Shown here piece by piece: positions 29,975-32,000 of a stretch of DNA of 32,000 nt. The DNA is taken from NCBI RefSeq assembly GCF_017876815.1, contig NZ_JAGIOS010000001.1:570001-602000 (forward strand), in the 5' to 3' direction. Numbering within the stretch: the stretch's first letter is position 1; each line of letters starts with the position of its first letter. The position numbers and the translations under genes were made by a program. The stretch comes from Sinorhizobium meliloti (GTDB lineage: Bacteria; Pseudomonadota; Alphaproteobacteria; Rhizobiales; Rhizobiaceae). The notes under the pieces were generated by a model, which made no database searches, was not told where the DNA came from, and saw only the letters and a program-made list of their open reading frames with translations.

Positions 29975-30979
29975 TCAATGAACGGGACGGCGGCGGGCGC
30001 GCTGCCAGAGGATCGGCAGCGCGATCACCGAAATCAGGAGCAGGCCGATGAAGATCGACATGACGATGCCGGGCACGTTCAGGAGGCCGAAGCCGAAGGT
30101 GACCATGCCCATGATCAGCGCCGCCAGAACGACGCCGGGTATCGTGCCGGAGCCGCCGAGGATATTGACGCCGCCGAGCACCACCATGGTCACGACCTCG
30201 AGCTCCCAGCCGAGCGCGATCGAGGGCCGTGTGGAGCCGAGCCGCGAGGTGAGGCAGACGGAGGCGAGCCCGGCCATGAGGCCGGTCAGCAGGAAGAGCG
30301 TGAACTTGACCCGCCCGACCCGAACGCCGGAAAAGAGTGCAGCCGTCTGGTTGTTGCCGATGGCATAGACGGCACGGCCGAAATTCGTCCTGTGCAGCAG
30401 GACTCCGTAAATTACGGCGAGCACGACGAAGAGCGTGAACTCGAAGGAGAAAACCCACCAGACATAGCCCTGGCCGAACCAGGCGAAGCTCTCGGGATAG
30501 CCGGTAAAGGCCTGGTCGCCGAGCACGATGAAGGATAGGCCGCGAAACAGGCTCATGGTGCCGATCGTCACCACGATCGACGGCAGGCCGAGGCCCGTGA
30601 TCAGGAGCCCGTTGACGAGACCGCAGAGGAGACCGACGCCAAGGCCGATCGCGACGAGCGCCGGCGTGTCGAAACCGAGTTGCACGGCATAGCCCATGGC
30701 GGTCGAGGCAAGGGCGATGATGGAAGCGACCGAGAGGTCGATCTCGCCGGAGATGATCACCAGCGCCATGGCGAAGGCGATCATCGCCTTCTCGGTGAAG
30801 TTGAACGTGGCGTCGGAGAGGTTCCACGGATCGAGGAAATAGGGCGACGCCAGCGAATTGCCGAGGAAGATCACGATGGCGACCACGAAGAGCAGCGCTT
30901 CCCAGCTCTTCAGAAGGCGAGCGCCGCCTCCTTGCAGGCGATCGGGAATGTTGCGGGGAGAAATTTGCGCGTCCGCCAT
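29975..30979 (-). CDS. rhaQ: Sugar ABC transporter permease (rhamnose, RhaQ type)
   Basis: The ATG at 30977-30979 ([15 protein letters not shown]...) overlaps the rhaP stop (ATGA) and gives 334 aa. Multi-TM, ribose-type permease. The track ORF is 5'-extended. Confidence 0.85.
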   Translation of the reverse strand: MADAQISPRNIPDRLQGGGARLLKSWEALLFVVAIVIFLGNSLASPYFLDPWNLSDATFNFTEKAMIAFAMALVIISGEIDLSVASIIALASTAMGYAVQLGFDTPALVAIGLGVGLLCGLVNGLLITGLGLPSIVVTIGTMSLFRGLSFIVLGDQAFTGYPESFAWFGQGYVWWVFSFEFTLFVVLAVIYGVLLHRTNFGRAVYAIGNNQTAALFSGVRVGRVKFTLFLLTGLMAGLASVCLTSRLGSTRPSIALGWELEVVTMVVLGGVNILGGSGTIPGVVLAALIMGMVTFGFGLLNVPGIVMSIFIGLLLISVIALPILWQRARRRPVH

Positions 30980-31959
30980 CAGACCGCCTCCGCTTTCTTG
31001 AGAATGACCCTGCCCTTGCGCCGCTCGGCGCGGGCGTTGACGGCGACCGCGATGATGATGACCGTTCCGGATATCGCCAGTTGCGCGAAGGGCGAGATAT
31101 TGATGACCGGCAGAGCGTTCTTGATCACGCCGAGGAAGAGCGCTCCGAGGACCGCGCCCGCCACCGAGCCGATGCCGCCGGCAATCGAAATGCCGCCGAT
31201 GACGCAGGCCGCGATGATGTCGAGCTCGAAGCCGGCCGCGATGTCCACATAGGCGACCGCATAGCGCGATACCCAGAGGTAGCCCGACAGACCCGCAAGC
31301 GCGCCCGAGAGACAATAGGCGAAGAAGCGCGTACGTCCGACATCGATGCCGGTGTAGACGGCTGCGTGCGGATTGCCGCCGACGGCATAGAAGGCGCGCC
31401 CGAGCGGCGTGCGCCCCATGACCAGGAACATCAGCGCGACCATGACGAGCGAGAGCCAGGAAAGCACCGGCATGCCGGCCACATCCAGCCGCGGCAGCGC
31501 CTTGAAGGCATCGCTCATCTCATGGGCATTGATCCACTTGCCGTTCGTCAGCACGAAGATGAGGCCGCGATAGATCGTCAGCGTCCCGAGCGTGACGACG
31601 ATCGGGGGAATATTGAGCTTCCAGACCAACGTGCCGTTGATCGCCCCGAGGAAGCCGCCCAGCGCCATGACGGCGACAATGATGAGCGGTATCGGCAAGC
31701 CGGGAAAGGCGTTGTTCAACATGGCCGCGACCATGCCGCAGAGCGCGAGGTTCGCCGCCATCGACAAATCGATGCAGCGGGTGAGAATGACGGCCATCTG
31801 CCCGAGCGCCAGGATGACGAGGATAGAGGTGTCGCTATAGACGCGCGCGAGATTGGACGGAGCCACGAAAGCCGGAAAGCGCAAGGCGATCAGGGCAAGC
31901 AGCACGGCAATCGCGACGACGAGCAGGATTTCTCGGTTCTTGAGGAGCCTGGCCATCAT
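30979..31959 (-). CDS. rhaP: Sugar ABC transporter permease (rhamnose, RhaP type)
   Basis: 326 aa, multi-TM ribose-type permease (MMARLLKNREILLVVAIAVLLALI...). Its start overlaps the stop of the upstream gene. Confidence 0.85.
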   Translation of the reverse strand: MMARLLKNREILLVVAIAVLLALIALRFPAFVAPSNLARVYSDTSILVILALGQMAVILTRCIDLSMAANLALCGMVAAMLNNAFPGLPIPLIIVAVMALGGFLGAINGTLVWKLNIPPIVVTLGTLTIYRGLIFVLTNGKWINAHEMSDAFKALPRLDVAGMPVLSWLSLVMVALMFLVMGRTPLGRAFYAVGGNPHAAVYTGIDVGRTRFFAYCLSGALAGLSGYLWVSRYAVAYVDIAAGFELDIIAACVIGGISIAGGIGSVAGAVLGALFLGVIKNALPVINISPFAQLAISGTVIIIAVAVNARAERRKGRVILKKAEAV

Positions 31960-32000
31960 GCGGCCCTCCCATCGGCTTGCGTTTCGATGCCTGCGGCGGC
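31956..32000 (-). CDS. C-terminal 14 codons of the upstream gene, presumably the ABC ATPase (RhaT type)
   Basis: The open frame ...AAAGIETQADGRAA* ends in a TGA at 31956-31958, which overlaps the rhaP start. Identity is inferred only from operon context. Confidence 0.4.
   Translation of the reverse strand, partial: AAAGIETQADGRAA

Overview
High-GC (about 60-65%) alpha-proteobacterial DNA. Gene order and protein sequences match the contiguous flagellar/chemotaxis regulon of Sinorhizobium/Ensifer-type Rhizobiaceae. I cannot name a species without a database search. Left to right: (1) a minus-strand flgB-flgC-fliE-flgG-flgA-flgI-motE-flgH-fliL-fliP operon (fliP truncated at base 1); (2) a minus-strand DUF1217-flgF-fliI-orf operon; (3) a divergent plus-strand motA-fliM-fliN-fliG-flhB-orf block; (4) the LuxR-type master regulators visN-visR; (5) fliF; (6) the ten-gene che operon icpA-cheS-cheY1-cheA-cheW-cheR-cheB-cheY2-cheD-cheT; (7) after a roughly 700-bp AT-rich spacer, the end of a rhamnose operon (rhaT partial, rhaP, rhaQ, rhaU, rhaK). 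Many neighbouring genes overlap by ATGA or TAATG, which suggests translational coupling. I found no rRNA, tRNA, CRISPR array, transposase or integrase. I see no convincing new multi-gene system; this is a conserved, well-studied locus. The points worth a second look are smaller. They are a tandem CAAG motif shared by four flagellar promoters, two families of intergenic repeats, three uncharacterised ORFs embedded in flagellar operons, a CheY-docking-like peptide on FliN rather than FliM, two AT-rich regulatory islands, and a 37-codon hydrophobic small ORF missing from the ORF track. Several ORF-track entries are 5'-extended, and I trimmed them to the start that fits homologue N-termini and gene junctions.
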